From the NCBI GenBank assembly GCA_035541265.1, contig DATKNQ010000141.1, forward strand, positions 4,179 through 68,178: a stretch of DNA of 64,000 nucleotides. The letters run 5' to 3'. Shown piece by piece: positions 18,392 to 26,509 of the stretch. The number at the start of each line of letters is the position of its first letter. The first letter of the stretch is position 1. The DNA comes from Bryobacteraceae bacterium. Lineage in GTDB: Bacteria > Acidobacteriota > Terriglobia > Bryobacterales > Bryobacteraceae. The position numbers and the translations under genes were made by a program. Below the pieces are notes generated by a model, which saw only the letters and a program-made list of their open reading frames with translations, did no database searches and was not told where the DNA came from.

Positions 18392-19000
18392 TTACGCAGC
18401 GCCCCGGATGCATGGGCGGAGCAGTTTGGCGAACAGCGATACGTCCCCGGTCGCGTGGCTCACGCGCGAAGCATCGGTCATTTCCTCACGAGTTACGGCT
18501 CGCCAATCGATGTAATGGCCGGCGCGCAATCCAAGCTCGCGCAGAAACTCGCGTTGAGTTCTGCCGTTGCCCTCGCGGAATGGGTGAGCCGCGTTCAGCT
18601 CACTGAGGAACCAGGCGGCTCGCGTTGCAAAGGCAGCGGCGTCCCGGCCGGCGAGGTATTCTTCCGCCGCGAGCTTCGCGAGCGTCTGTTCCAGCGCCGG
18701 CTCGAGAAACGCAGCCAGACCGAACAGATGGCCACCTTTGGATATGTTCACGGTGCGAAACTGTCCCGCCCAACCGTAGACATCCTGAAAGATGTGCCTA
18801 TGAATCGCCTTGAGGTGTGCGATGTTGAAAGTGCCTGCTACGGGCCTCTCAATCAACTCGGCGATGCGCAGGTGCGAACGGCGCGCCTCGAAGCGCTCCA
18901 GGAGCGTGGCGTCAGTGATCCTGCGCAGGTTCCGCAGGACGTTTGTGCCGGGATGCAGATAAGGGTCCGCATTCCCGGGCGTCAAGCTCATCGATGGCAC
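18392..19000 (-). CDS. Fic family toxin (AMPylase-type Fic/DOC domain)
   Basis: Canonical HPFREGNGRTQR (HxFx[DE]GNGRxxR) motif and N-terminal DPYLHPGTNVLRN. ATG at 18991 is an alternative to GTG at 19000. Confidence 0.85.
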   Translation of the reverse strand: MPSMSLTPGNADPYLHPGTNVLRNLRRITDATLLERFEARRSHLRIAELIERPVAGTFNIAHLKAIHRHIFQDVYGWAGQFRTVNISKGGHLFGLAAFLEPALEQTLAKLAAEEYLAGRDAAAFATRAAWFLSELNAAHPFREGNGRTQREFLRELGLRAGHYIDWRAVTREEMTDASRVSHATGDVSLFAKLLRPCIRGAA

Positions 19001-19169
19001 TCCGTACTTCGGACAGGGTTAAGTCTCCGTCGATGTATCGCTGGTAGAGAGCCTTGGTTTGCTCGTCGAGATCCAGCCCTTCCAGGCGGACGGAGGCCAG
19101 CGCTTCTTCGTAAACACGCGTTCGCCGCGCGCGCTCGGCTGCGGTGATCGGGTGTATCGACAGCGCCAT
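18912..19169 (-). CDS. VbhA-like antitoxin of the Fic toxin
   Basis: Small ORF immediately upstream of fic with the inhibitory motif SVRLEG ([ST]xxxE[GN]). GGAG-type RBS upstream. Confidence 0.7.
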   Translation of the reverse strand: MALSIHPITAAERARRTRVYEEALASVRLEGLDLDEQTKALYQRYIDGDLTLSEVRSAIDELDARECGPLSASRHKRPAEPAQDH

Positions 19170-19284
19170 TTTTCTACTCTACTCCTATTCTCCGCCTAAC
19201 AGTCTTTCGGTGACGCTGCGGTGGGGTACGGTCGGGCTTTCCTCGCTCGGGACAGGTACTTGCCGCAGGATTTGGACGCTGGAA

Positions 19285-19306
19285 ATAGTAACACATATGT
19301 TACTAT
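19285..19306. promoter_or_regulatory. AT-rich 8-6-8 inverted repeat ATAGTAAC-ACATAT-GTTACTAT (candidate TA operator within a promoter-like region)
   Basis: Perfect 8-bp arms read directly. Lies in the 270-bp divergent spacer between two TA modules. TTGGAC and TATAGT-like hexamers are nearby. Confidence 0.5.
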
Positions 19307-19439
19307 AGTGCATGGTCGACGTTCCCGGAGCGTCTCGTGATTTTGCCCGGTGGAGGAACGAAGAAGCGCCAGCAGCAGGACATCGCGACTGCCCTCGTGA
19401 GATGGCGGGATTATAAGGAAAGGAAAAAGGATCACAGCC
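19292..19439 (+). pseudogene. C-terminal remnant of a RelE/ParE-superfamily addiction-module killer gene (COG3657-like)
   Basis: The frame reads ..ERLVILPGGGTKKRQQQDIATALVRWRDYKERKK, matching the family C-terminus pattern (vvLLcGGdKssQ..DI..A). Only about 45 codons remain, with no start codon and no stop before the antidote ATG. Confidence 0.45.
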
Positions 19440-19784
19440 ATGGCCCTGACGCGCGATTTCAAGGAGACCATCCGCGCACGCGCGGAGCGGGACACGAAAT
19501 TCCGAAAGGAGCTTCTGCGCGTAGGCGTCGAATGTATGCTCGGCGGTGACGTGACTACCGCCAAGACCATTCTTCGCGACTACATCAACGCCACGGTGGG
19601 GTTTGCGGAGGTCGCCGAGTACACACATATCCCATCCAAGAGCCTGATGCGCATGCTTGGCCCGGCAGGCAATCCCCGCGCCGATAATCTATTCGAGGTT
19701 GTCAGTTTCCTGCAGCAACGCGAGGGCGTGCGTTTTCGCGTCAGTACGGCTCCGGCTACCCGCCGCCTAACAATCCTTCGATGA
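19440..19784 (+). CDS. addiction-module antidote protein (HigA-like HTH, COG3636 type)
   Basis: MALTRDFKETIRARAERDTKFRKELL...AKTILRDYINATVGFAEVAEYTHIPSKSLMRMLGPAGNPRADNLFEVVSFL is the typical family pattern. Confidence 0.75.
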   Translation: MALTRDFKETIRARAERDTKFRKELLRVGVECMLGGDVTTAKTILRDYINATVGFAEVAEYTHIPSKSLMRMLGPAGNPRADNLFEVVSFLQQREGVRFRVSTAPATRRLTILR

Positions 19785-20679
19785 AGCCGTGGTCGATCGG
19801 CCAACTGCCCAGCACGCGCGTGCCGAGGCGGTTGAAGGTGCCGGAGGTGAGGACTCCGCTGAGGTCTTGCGGATTGGGCGTCTGGTGCTCGCGGGCGATC
19901 ATTTCGCGCAGCATGGCGGTGATGTGTTGGAGCTCGGCGGCCAATGCGGCGGCCTGTTCGCCATCGTGGCACTGCACGTTCAGGCGCGCTTCGAAATGGT
20001 TGCCCGAGGGCGCGAGGGCGATGCTGATATCGTTGGCGTCTTCCATGGTGTGGGCGAACATGCGCGTGCCGGCCGGCAGGCCGCTGTCCGTTTTCAGCAG
20101 CGCGGGCGGGATCGAGATCCAGAAGGGCGCGTCAGGCCTTTCAAATTCGCGCCGGCGGGTGGAGCGGGATTCGAGCTCGGTGACGGCGGAATCATCGGGG
20201 CTGACGGCGAGGGCCATCAGGTTCGGACGCAGCGGGAAGAACGAGATCTTGCGGTCGGGTGTGCTGCCGCTCATGCGGCAAAGGGAGTTGTAGCAGGCGC
20301 CGCCTTGTTCGCGCGCGTAGGCCTGCAGGTTGTTCCAATCGAAGCGGCCCTTGACGATGAGGAATTTTGCGCGCGGGGTGAAGCAGGCGAGGACCGCGTC
20401 CAGATCGCGGGTGTAGTCGAAACCGGTCTTCATCACGAAGACGCGGTATTCCGGCTCTTCGGAGACCTTGGAGCCGCTGAGCATCTGGAGAACGCCGCCG
20501 TTGCGGAGCGCCGCAGCATCGATGTAGAAGACCAGGCCGTCGCGCGTGGGGAGGCGCTGGAGCCAATCGGCGGTGGTGCGCAGCGAGCGGTAGTGGAGGC
20601 GCGCCACGCCCCACACGGCGAATCCGCAAACCGAGGCGATCAGGATGATCAGCAGGGCGGCGCGTTGTTTGTAGTTCAC
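19756..20679 (-). CDS. hypothetical membrane-anchored protein (307 aa)
   Basis: N-terminal TM ([19 protein letters not shown]). Starts 10 nt after the DAHP synthase stop, so probably co-transcribed. Confidence 0.6.
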   Translation of the reverse strand: MNYKQRAALLIILIASVCGFAVWGVARLHYRSLRTTADWLQRLPTRDGLVFYIDAAALRNGGVLQMLSGSKVSEEPEYRVFVMKTGFDYTRDLDAVLACFTPRAKFLIVKGRFDWNNLQAYAREQGGACYNSLCRMSGSTPDRKISFFPLRPNLMALAVSPDDSAVTELESRSTRRREFERPDAPFWISIPPALLKTDSGLPAGTRMFAHTMEDANDISIALAPSGNHFEARLNVQCHDGEQAAALAAELQHITAMLREMIAREHQTPNPQDLSGVLTSGTFNRLGTRVLGSWPIDHGFIEGLLGGG

Positions 20680-20689
20680 GTTGGCAGTG

Positions 20690-21730
20690 TCACACGGCCG
20701 CGGCGGTTTCCGCGACGCGCGCTTCCTTCCACAGATCGAGATACGGCTTAAGCTGGCGCATCATGGCGTGGAAATCTTTCAAAGTGAGCGACTGTGCGCC
20801 ATCGCTGATGGCCTTTTCAGGATTGGGATGGACTTCGACGATCAGGCCGTCGGCGCCGATGGCCACGCCCGCGCGCGCCAGGTCCGGCACCAGGCTGCGC
20901 TTGCCGGTGGCGTGGCTGGGATCGAGAATCACGGGCAGGTGGGTGAGCTCATTCAGCACCGGAACGGCGGCAATGTCGCAGGTGTTGCGGGTGGCGGTTT
21001 CGAAAGTGCGAATGCCGCGCTCGCAAAGCACCACGTTGGAATTGCCATGGGCCACGATGTATTCGGCGGACATGAGCAATTCCTTGATGGTGGAGCTCAT
21101 GCCGCGCTTCAGCAGCACGGGGCGCCCGCAGCCGCCCAGCGATTTCAGCAGCGCGAAGTTCTGCATGTTGCGCGCACCGACTTGCATGACATCGGTGTAT
21201 TCGGCCACCATGCCCACGTGGGCGTCGGTCATGACTTCGGTGACGATGGCGAGGCCGGTAGCTTCTTTGGCCTTGCGCAATAGTTTGAGGCCTTCGAGCT
21301 CCATGCCCTGGAAATCGTAGGGCGAGGTGCGCGGCTTGAACGCACCGCCGCGCAGCATGCGGGCGCCGGCCGCGGCCACGCCTTCGGCGGTCTCCATGAT
21401 CTGGCGCTCGGACTCGACCGAACACGGGCCGGCCATGACGATGAACTCGTCGCCGCCGATTTCAAGACCGTTGACGCGGATGATGCTGTGGTCGGGCTTG
21501 AACTCGCGGCTGACGAATTTGTACGGGGCCGAGATGCGCACGGCGCTTTCGACACCAGGGGTGGCTTCGAGAGATTCGAGGCAAGCGGTGACGTCGCCGA
21601 CGCCGACGACGCCGATGACGACCCGCTCTTCGCCTTCGATGGAGTGGACCTTGTATCCGAACTCCTGAATCCGTTCGCAGACGTGGTCGATTTGCTCGCG
21701 CGTGGCATGCGGACGCATCGAGATAATCAT
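20690..21730 (-). CDS. 3-deoxy-7-phosphoheptulonate (DAHP) synthase, class I-beta with an N-terminal ferredoxin-like regulatory domain
   Basis: ATG at 21730 preceded by [41 protein letters not shown] motifs. About 75-aa N-terminal ACT/FL-like domain as in Thermotoga-type enzymes. Confidence 0.9.
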   Translation of the reverse strand: MIISMRPHATREQIDHVCERIQEFGYKVHSIEGEERVVIGVVGVGDVTACLESLEATPGVESAVRISAPYKFVSREFKPDHSIIRVNGLEIGGDEFIVMAGPCSVESERQIMETAEGVAAAGARMLRGGAFKPRTSPYDFQGMELEGLKLLRKAKEATGLAIVTEVMTDAHVGMVAEYTDVMQVGARNMQNFALLKSLGGCGRPVLLKRGMSSTIKELLMSAEYIVAHGNSNVVLCERGIRTFETATRNTCDIAAVPVLNELTHLPVILDPSHATGKRSLVPDLARAGVAIGADGLIVEVHPNPEKAISDGAQSLTLKDFHAMMRQLKPYLDLWKEARVAETAAAV

Positions 21731-21752
21731 GTGCCGATTCTCCTTCGCTCCG

Positions 21753-21785
21753 AAAATAAAAAACCCACTCTGACGAGTGGGTTGC
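21753..21785 (-). terminator. intrinsic terminator / attenuator hairpin 22 nt upstream of the DAHP synthase RBS
   Basis: Minus strand: (GC)AACCCACTC-GTCA-GAGTGGGTT followed by TTTTATTTT. 9-bp GC-rich stem plus U-tract. Confidence 0.7.
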
Positions 21786-21822
21786 AATTCACAAGAAGCT
21801 GGATGCCCTTCGCAACGCCACT

Positions 21823-21882
21823 CTACCGATTCCGGCGGAACCAGAATCGGAAGCTAAACGAGCTGGCGGAGTAGAAAGACAT
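21823..21882 (-). CDS. putative aromatic-rich leader peptide [19 protein letters not shown]
   Basis: 19-codon ORF, 7 of 19 residues Phe/Tyr/Trp. Its stop codon overlaps the antiterminator arm. No SD; a promoter-like -10 ends 11 nt upstream. Confidence 0.6.
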   Translation of the reverse strand: MSFYSASSFSFRFWFRRNR

Positions 21883-21893
21883 CGTAAAGGGCC

Positions 21894-21923
21894 AGTATAG
21901 GCGAAATCGCGGCGCTATGGCAA
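21894..21923 (-). promoter_or_regulatory. sigma70-like promoter candidate TTGCCA-18 nt-TATACT
   Basis: Hexamers read on the minus strand. The -35 lies 1 nt upstream of the stop codon of the upstream VWFA gene. Confidence 0.4.
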
Positions 21924-22970
21924 GCGCGCGGAAGCGTAATAGCTGTTGCGCGCCTCGACTGTGAGCTTGCCCTTCTTTGCCAGCTTGACCTTCAACTGGT
22001 GCAGATGGCCGTCCGGCTTGGCCGTTGAGACGAAGCTCAGCACATAGTGGCTTTCCGGAGTGGCGAGCCGATGAAAACTGGCGACGTAGTTGTTTCCCGT
22101 CAGATATGTGCCGCCGGTGCCTCGCGCCAGATCGGTAAGCACGATCGGATTCGTCGTCGATGACTCTGTGCGGGCGGCTTCCACCATGCCGGTTTGCTGG
22201 CCAGTGGGCTGTTCCGCTCCCCCGCTCACGGCAGGTTGACCGCCTTCGCCCAGGTCTAGGGAGTCGATCCGCACTTTCGAACGAATGGCCTCCTCAATCA
22301 ATTCCATTTCTTCCTGTCCCCGATCGAGCGCCACCTGGAACCCGGAGGAGACGAGTATGATCGACCGCTGCCCGGGCAGTCTGGACATGCCGCGGACAAT
22401 GTTCCTCAACAACGTTAGCTGAAGCGATTGGATTGTCGAGACGCGGCACACGCGCGGGGGATGCGCCTGCAGGCGCGCCACGGTGTCCTGCAACTTCGCG
22501 CGGTCGTTCGTGAAATCGAGCGCCAGAGTGCATGATGAGGTTAGCAAGGCTGCACGATCGCCCGGTTCGAGGCTGCTGAACTGCTGCGCGGCGGCCTCGC
22601 GCAGGCGCTTCAGATCGCCGAAGTTCCGGATGGCCACATCATCGAAGAAGTACGCAATAAACCGCTCGGGGATGTCCATGGCTGCGGCACCCGCGGATTT
22701 CTTCGCGGGCGCGTTGGGATCGGGCAGCGACCGGTCGGGCGCCACCTGGCCACCCGGTTTCTCCACCGAGAAATTCGCGATCTCGACCGGCTTGCCGTTA
22801 TCGAATAGCTTGAAGTCATCCTTGGCGAGGTCACCGACCACATGTCCGTCGTGATCGCGCACCACCACCGGTACCTGAATCATGGTCACACCCGACTGGA
22901 ACGTTTCGGCAGGCTCCTGTTGGGCAACCGCTGACAGCGGGATCAACAGGAACATAAGAAGTATACGCAT
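21915..22970 (-). CDS. VWFA-related acidobacterial-type domain protein (TIGR03436-like)
   Basis: Signal peptide then the characteristic TFQSGVTMIQVPVVVRDHDGHVVGDLAKDDFKLFDNGKPVEIANFSVE N-terminal module. Confidence 0.85.
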   Translation of the reverse strand: MRILLMFLLIPLSAVAQQEPAETFQSGVTMIQVPVVVRDHDGHVVGDLAKDDFKLFDNGKPVEIANFSVEKPGGQVAPDRSLPDPNAPAKKSAGAAAMDIPERFIAYFFDDVAIRNFGDLKRLREAAAQQFSSLEPGDRAALLTSSCTLALDFTNDRAKLQDTVARLQAHPPRVCRVSTIQSLQLTLLRNIVRGMSRLPGQRSIILVSSGFQVALDRGQEEMELIEEAIRSKVRIDSLDLGEGGQPAVSGGAEQPTGQQTGMVEAARTESSTTNPIVLTDLARGTGGTYLTGNNYVASFHRLATPESHYVLSFVSTAKPDGHLHQLKVKLAKKGKLTVEARNSYYASARLP

Positions 22971-22979
22971 GACTCACCT

Positions 22980-24716
22980 CTAAGGAACGTCGACCGCGGC
23001 GTTTTCCGCGGTTAGCTGCCGGCCTTCAGCATCGCGCGCCACCATCCGCACCAGGTATGCGCCAGGCTTCACGGGGAAATCCGTGACCACGACGAACGGG
23101 GGCCTGTCGTCGAGCCCGCGCACGGTTTCATCACGCAAGCGGAGCTGTACGATTTTTTCCGCACCGGCGATGAAATTGCCGTTGGTATCGAACAAGGCCG
23201 CGACGATCGTGACGTCGTTGCGGCTGCGGTCTTCCACCTTACGCAAGTGGAGGGCCTTTAGATCCACACTGGCCAACACGTTCAACTTGGCCTGGCCGCC
23301 TGGATTGATTACCTGAGTGTGCATGTCCACGGCGAGATCGTGAATCTCGTCACGCGAGAATACGGCATCTTCGATCTCCTGGCGGGAAACCGCAAGTTCA
23401 TCTTCGGCTTGCTGGGGCGCCCAGTAACCGCGGCGGGCTTGCAGGGTGAGTTTCCCGGGGGCGGTGACGGTCACTTTCAGCGAATGAAAGCTGCCGTCGA
23501 ACTTCAGATTCTGGGGCGCGAAACCGAGCACGTAAATGTACTCAGGCGTGGCGGCGGCCTTTCGGATGGCGCCATCGAAATCGTTGTTCAGATTGGCCGT
23601 GCCGCCGGTGTCTTCCGCCAGATCGATCAATTCGCCGGTAGCCACCTCACCATCTATGTCGTGAAATAGGGTCACGTCCGGCGGGGGCGCGCCGCCGGAC
23701 TGGCTGGCCTCGAAGGCTGAACTGGTCCAGACGCCGCGTACGCCCACGGTGTTGATAAGCACCTTGGAACGGATGGCCTGCGCGGTGAGATCGGACGCCT
23801 GCTTTTCCAGATTGAACGAGACAAAGAATCCGGGCGAGGCCAGAATGATGGTCCGCTCTCCGGGCAGCAGGGCCATGCGCCGCACCAGGTTACTGAGCGC
23901 CGCGAGGGTGGCGCGCGATTCCTGTTCACCGCTGTAGTAGGCCGCGTTGATTTCTTGTACCGTGTCCCGGAAGAGCATGCCGGCCGCGGGTCCTTGTGCG
24001 TCGCCGCCACCGATACAGCGGACCGTATCCCAATACGCGGCACTGAGCGGAATCGACCGGGCCATGTCGTCTTCACGAGGATTGAGCGAGACTTGCTGGT
24101 CAATTTGAACGGCCTGGTAGTAACTGATGTACAGACAGGAAGCGAGGGCGGAGGGATGGATGGGATTCGGGGCGATCTGGAGCAGCGGCTGTTCCAACGT
24201 CCCCGGCTCACCGGTGAAATCACGAGCAATTTTGCCCGAAGTGGTATAAAGCGCGACACGGTCACCCGGCTGTAGCGATGAACTCAGATACCGCCGCACC
24301 GCATCGCGCACTTGCGGCAGATCGGCAAACCGGATGTGCACGTCATCGAAGAGAAGGGCGATGAAATGCAGGGGCAGGATCTGCGGCGCGCTTCGTCCGG
24401 CGGTCACGGCCGGGGGAGGAGTGCTGCGCGCGCGGGCTTCCGGAGTTACGACGGCGGTCCTTTTCTGTACGGAGAATTTGGTGATCTCCTGCCGCTTGCC
24501 TTTGTCGAAGAGGTGAAAATCTTCCTGGCGGAGATTTCCGACGGCATCTCCGGCGCGATCGCGCACGACCACGGGGACTTCCACCAGGGTAGTTTGCACC
24601 TTGAAGGTGGGAGTTTGGCCGGTAGTAGTTATTTCATCGGACTGGGAGAAGACGGGGACAGAAGAGAGGAGAACGAGAATGACAGGTGTAAGATAACCCA
24701 TGCCGTGCGCGTTCAT
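22980..24716 (-). CDS. VWFA-related acidobacterial-type domain protein, long form with an extra C-terminal domain
   Basis: TFKVQTTLVEVPVVVRDRAGDAVGNLRQEDFHLFDKGKRQEITKFSVQ. ATG at 24716 has an AAGGGTGG RBS; alternative starts at 24743 and 24701. Confidence 0.8.
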   Translation of the reverse strand: MNAHGMGYLTPVILVLLSSVPVFSQSDEITTTGQTPTFKVQTTLVEVPVVVRDRAGDAVGNLRQEDFHLFDKGKRQEITKFSVQKRTAVVTPEARARSTPPPAVTAGRSAPQILPLHFIALLFDDVHIRFADLPQVRDAVRRYLSSSLQPGDRVALYTTSGKIARDFTGEPGTLEQPLLQIAPNPIHPSALASCLYISYYQAVQIDQQVSLNPREDDMARSIPLSAAYWDTVRCIGGGDAQGPAAGMLFRDTVQEINAAYYSGEQESRATLAALSNLVRRMALLPGERTIILASPGFFVSFNLEKQASDLTAQAIRSKVLINTVGVRGVWTSSAFEASQSGGAPPPDVTLFHDIDGEVATGELIDLAEDTGGTANLNNDFDGAIRKAAATPEYIYVLGFAPQNLKFDGSFHSLKVTVTAPGKLTLQARRGYWAPQQAEDELAVSRQEIEDAVFSRDEIHDLAVDMHTQVINPGGQAKLNVLASVDLKALHLRKVEDRSRNDVTIVAALFDTNGNFIAGAEKIVQLRLRDETVRGLDDRPPFVVVTDFPVKPGAYLVRMVARDAEGRQLTAENAAVDVP

Positions 24717-24782
24717 GGCGCCACCCTTTGATGATAGCGCCACTAACCAGAGGGACGTGACGGACCTTGTGAAGACGAACGC

Positions 24783-24946
24783 CTATACGCGCTGGCCGAC
24801 GTGGGCGACCAGGCTTACCAGGAAGAGCACCTGGAAAATCACGAGAGGATTTTCGCGATGCCGGCGAACGCTACGGCGATACCTCCGAAGCCCAACAGCG
24901 CCGCCACGATGGCGATCACGAAAAACACCAAGGCATAGTACAGCAT
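24783..24946 (-). pseudogene. UPF0391/DUF1328 (YtjA-like) small membrane protein gene with an apparent 1-nt frameshift
   Basis: AAGGGAGGT RBS, then MLYYALVFFVIAIVAALLGFGGIAVAFAGIAKILS-stop. The adjacent frame continues LVIFQVLFLVSLVAHVGQRV-stop. Joined, they match the E. coli YtjA pattern ..LGFGG.AG.AAG.AKI.F....ILFLVSL. Confidence 0.7.
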
Positions 24947-24966
24947 TTGGACCTCCCTTTCACCGA

Positions 24967-25086
24967 TTAGGAATGATGCTTCGCCGAGAATGCGACATGC
25001 ACGATCGCCCATAGGACGGCGATCTGAATCGCGAAAGCCGCGGCGAAGCTCGTTACGACTGTGGCTCCTACAACCAAGAGTTCCAT
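24967..25086 (-). CDS. possible 39-aa hydrophobic peptide
   Basis: MELLVVGATVVTSFAAAFAIQIAVLWAIVHVAFSAKHHS. No clear RBS and no family recognised. Confidence 0.3.
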   Translation of the reverse strand: MELLVVGATVVTSFAAAFAIQIAVLWAIVHVAFSAKHHS

Positions 25087-25126
25087 GCCAGTGAGATGAG
25101 CAAGTGGGAGGCCGATGTACGGCAGA

Positions 25127-26473
25127 TCACGAGTGGGCGGCGAGATAGGCGCAGACATCGGTCTTGCGGCGCATGCCTTCGAGCGACATGTAGCGGATGG
25201 TTCCGAATACCGGGCGTTCGGGCCAGGGACGATCGTGCAGGCCAAAACACCACAGGATGTTCGTGTAGGTGTTGGGATCGCGGCCATCGATAGCCCAGCG
25301 GTCGTGCAGGTAGATCATCGCGCGCAGGGCATCGTCGTAGGTGGGCGACCATTCGATGATCTTCTTGCCCCAGTACATGCGGTAGTAGCCGTGAATCGTG
25401 CCGCGGGTGAGGAGTTCGCGCTGGGTGGCGTTCCATAGGGCGTCGTGCGTGGCGGCGTGTTCGAACTCGTCCTGCGTGTACATATATGGGCGGCGGTCGC
25501 GGCGATGGTGGCGCATGGTTGCGCGGGCCCAATCGGGGAGAACTTCGAGCGAGTCGAGGCGCGGCGCAAAGCGGGCGAAGTTGAAGGCCAGCTCGCGGCG
25601 CACGATCAACTGTTCGAGGAACTCGGCGGAGGATCGGGCGGCCAGCGCGACTTCGAGCGCTGAGATGTGGCCGAAGTGGAGGTAGGGGCTGAGGCCGGAA
25701 GTGGCTTGCGCGCCCGGCTGGTTGCCTTCGGCGGCGTAACGGCTGAGGCCGTGCTTGACGAAGTGCGCCAATTGTTTGAGCGCGGCGCGGCGGCCTCCGG
25801 TGATGCCGGCGGCGGGCGGGACAGAGTGATCGATGGCGGAGGCGGCGATCAGCGCGGCGATGTTTGCGGCGGTGACACAGGTGTGGAACTCGGATTCGTG
25901 CGGCGGGAATCGCCTGCGGACTTTCAGCACCGCGGCGGGACCGAGATATCGGGGGAGCAGCTTGTGGATCTTCGGGCGGATGGTGCGGGCGGCATATTCG
26001 CGCTTATCGAAGCAGGACATGGGGACGATGCAGCTCGCGTCGACGGCGTAGAAGGCGACGTCGAGTTTCGGCGCGACGCTCGCATTGTGGCGCGCGGCGA
26101 TGAACGTGGGGTAATCGTCCGTGACCACGGCGGCGGCCCGGGCGGCAAGGCGGTAGAGGACGTCGTTGGGATCGGAGGCGCGGCGGCGTAAGTAGAAAAT
26201 GTATCCGATGCCGCGGGCGGCGAGGCGCGCTTCGGAATCGGGCACGCCTTCGAGAATGAGGCGGTGCAGACGGTCGTTCGCGTAGGGGTAGCTGTAAGTG
26301 AGGCCTTCGTAGAACAGCACCGGCAGCGAGAGCTGATTGGCCAGATCGATCGCGAAATCGAGCGCCTGGTTGGCGTCGGCGCGGCGATTCATTTGTGCCC
26401 AATAGAGGACATACTCGGCGCCGGGGCGAATCCCGGCCGCATTCAACTTGCGCGCGCGTTCCTGCATGTACAT
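25127..26473 (-). CDS. phr: deoxyribodipyrimidine photolyase, class II CPD type
   Basis: Internal ATG at 26473 (or 26467). YVLYWAQMNRR, LSPYLHFGHISA, GYYRMYWGKKIIEW, ILWCFGLHDRPW motifs. The upstream part of the tabulated 770-aa ORF is antisense to the radical SAM gene. Confidence 0.85.
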   Translation of the reverse strand: MYMQERARKLNAAGIRPGAEYVLYWAQMNRRADANQALDFAIDLANQLSLPVLFYEGLTYSYPYANDRLHRLILEGVPDSEARLAARGIGYIFYLRRRASDPNDVLYRLAARAAAVVTDDYPTFIAARHNASVAPKLDVAFYAVDASCIVPMSCFDKREYAARTIRPKIHKLLPRYLGPAAVLKVRRRFPPHESEFHTCVTAANIAALIAASAIDHSVPPAAGITGGRRAALKQLAHFVKHGLSRYAAEGNQPGAQATSGLSPYLHFGHISALEVALAARSSAEFLEQLIVRRELAFNFARFAPRLDSLEVLPDWARATMRHHRRDRRPYMYTQDEFEHAATHDALWNATQRELLTRGTIHGYYRMYWGKKIIEWSPTYDDALRAMIYLHDRWAIDGRDPNTYTNILWCFGLHDRPWPERPVFGTIRYMSLEGMRRKTDVCAYLAAHS

Positions 26474-26509
26474 GTGATACCAGTTCCGGCGGGTACAATA
26501 TAAGGACCG

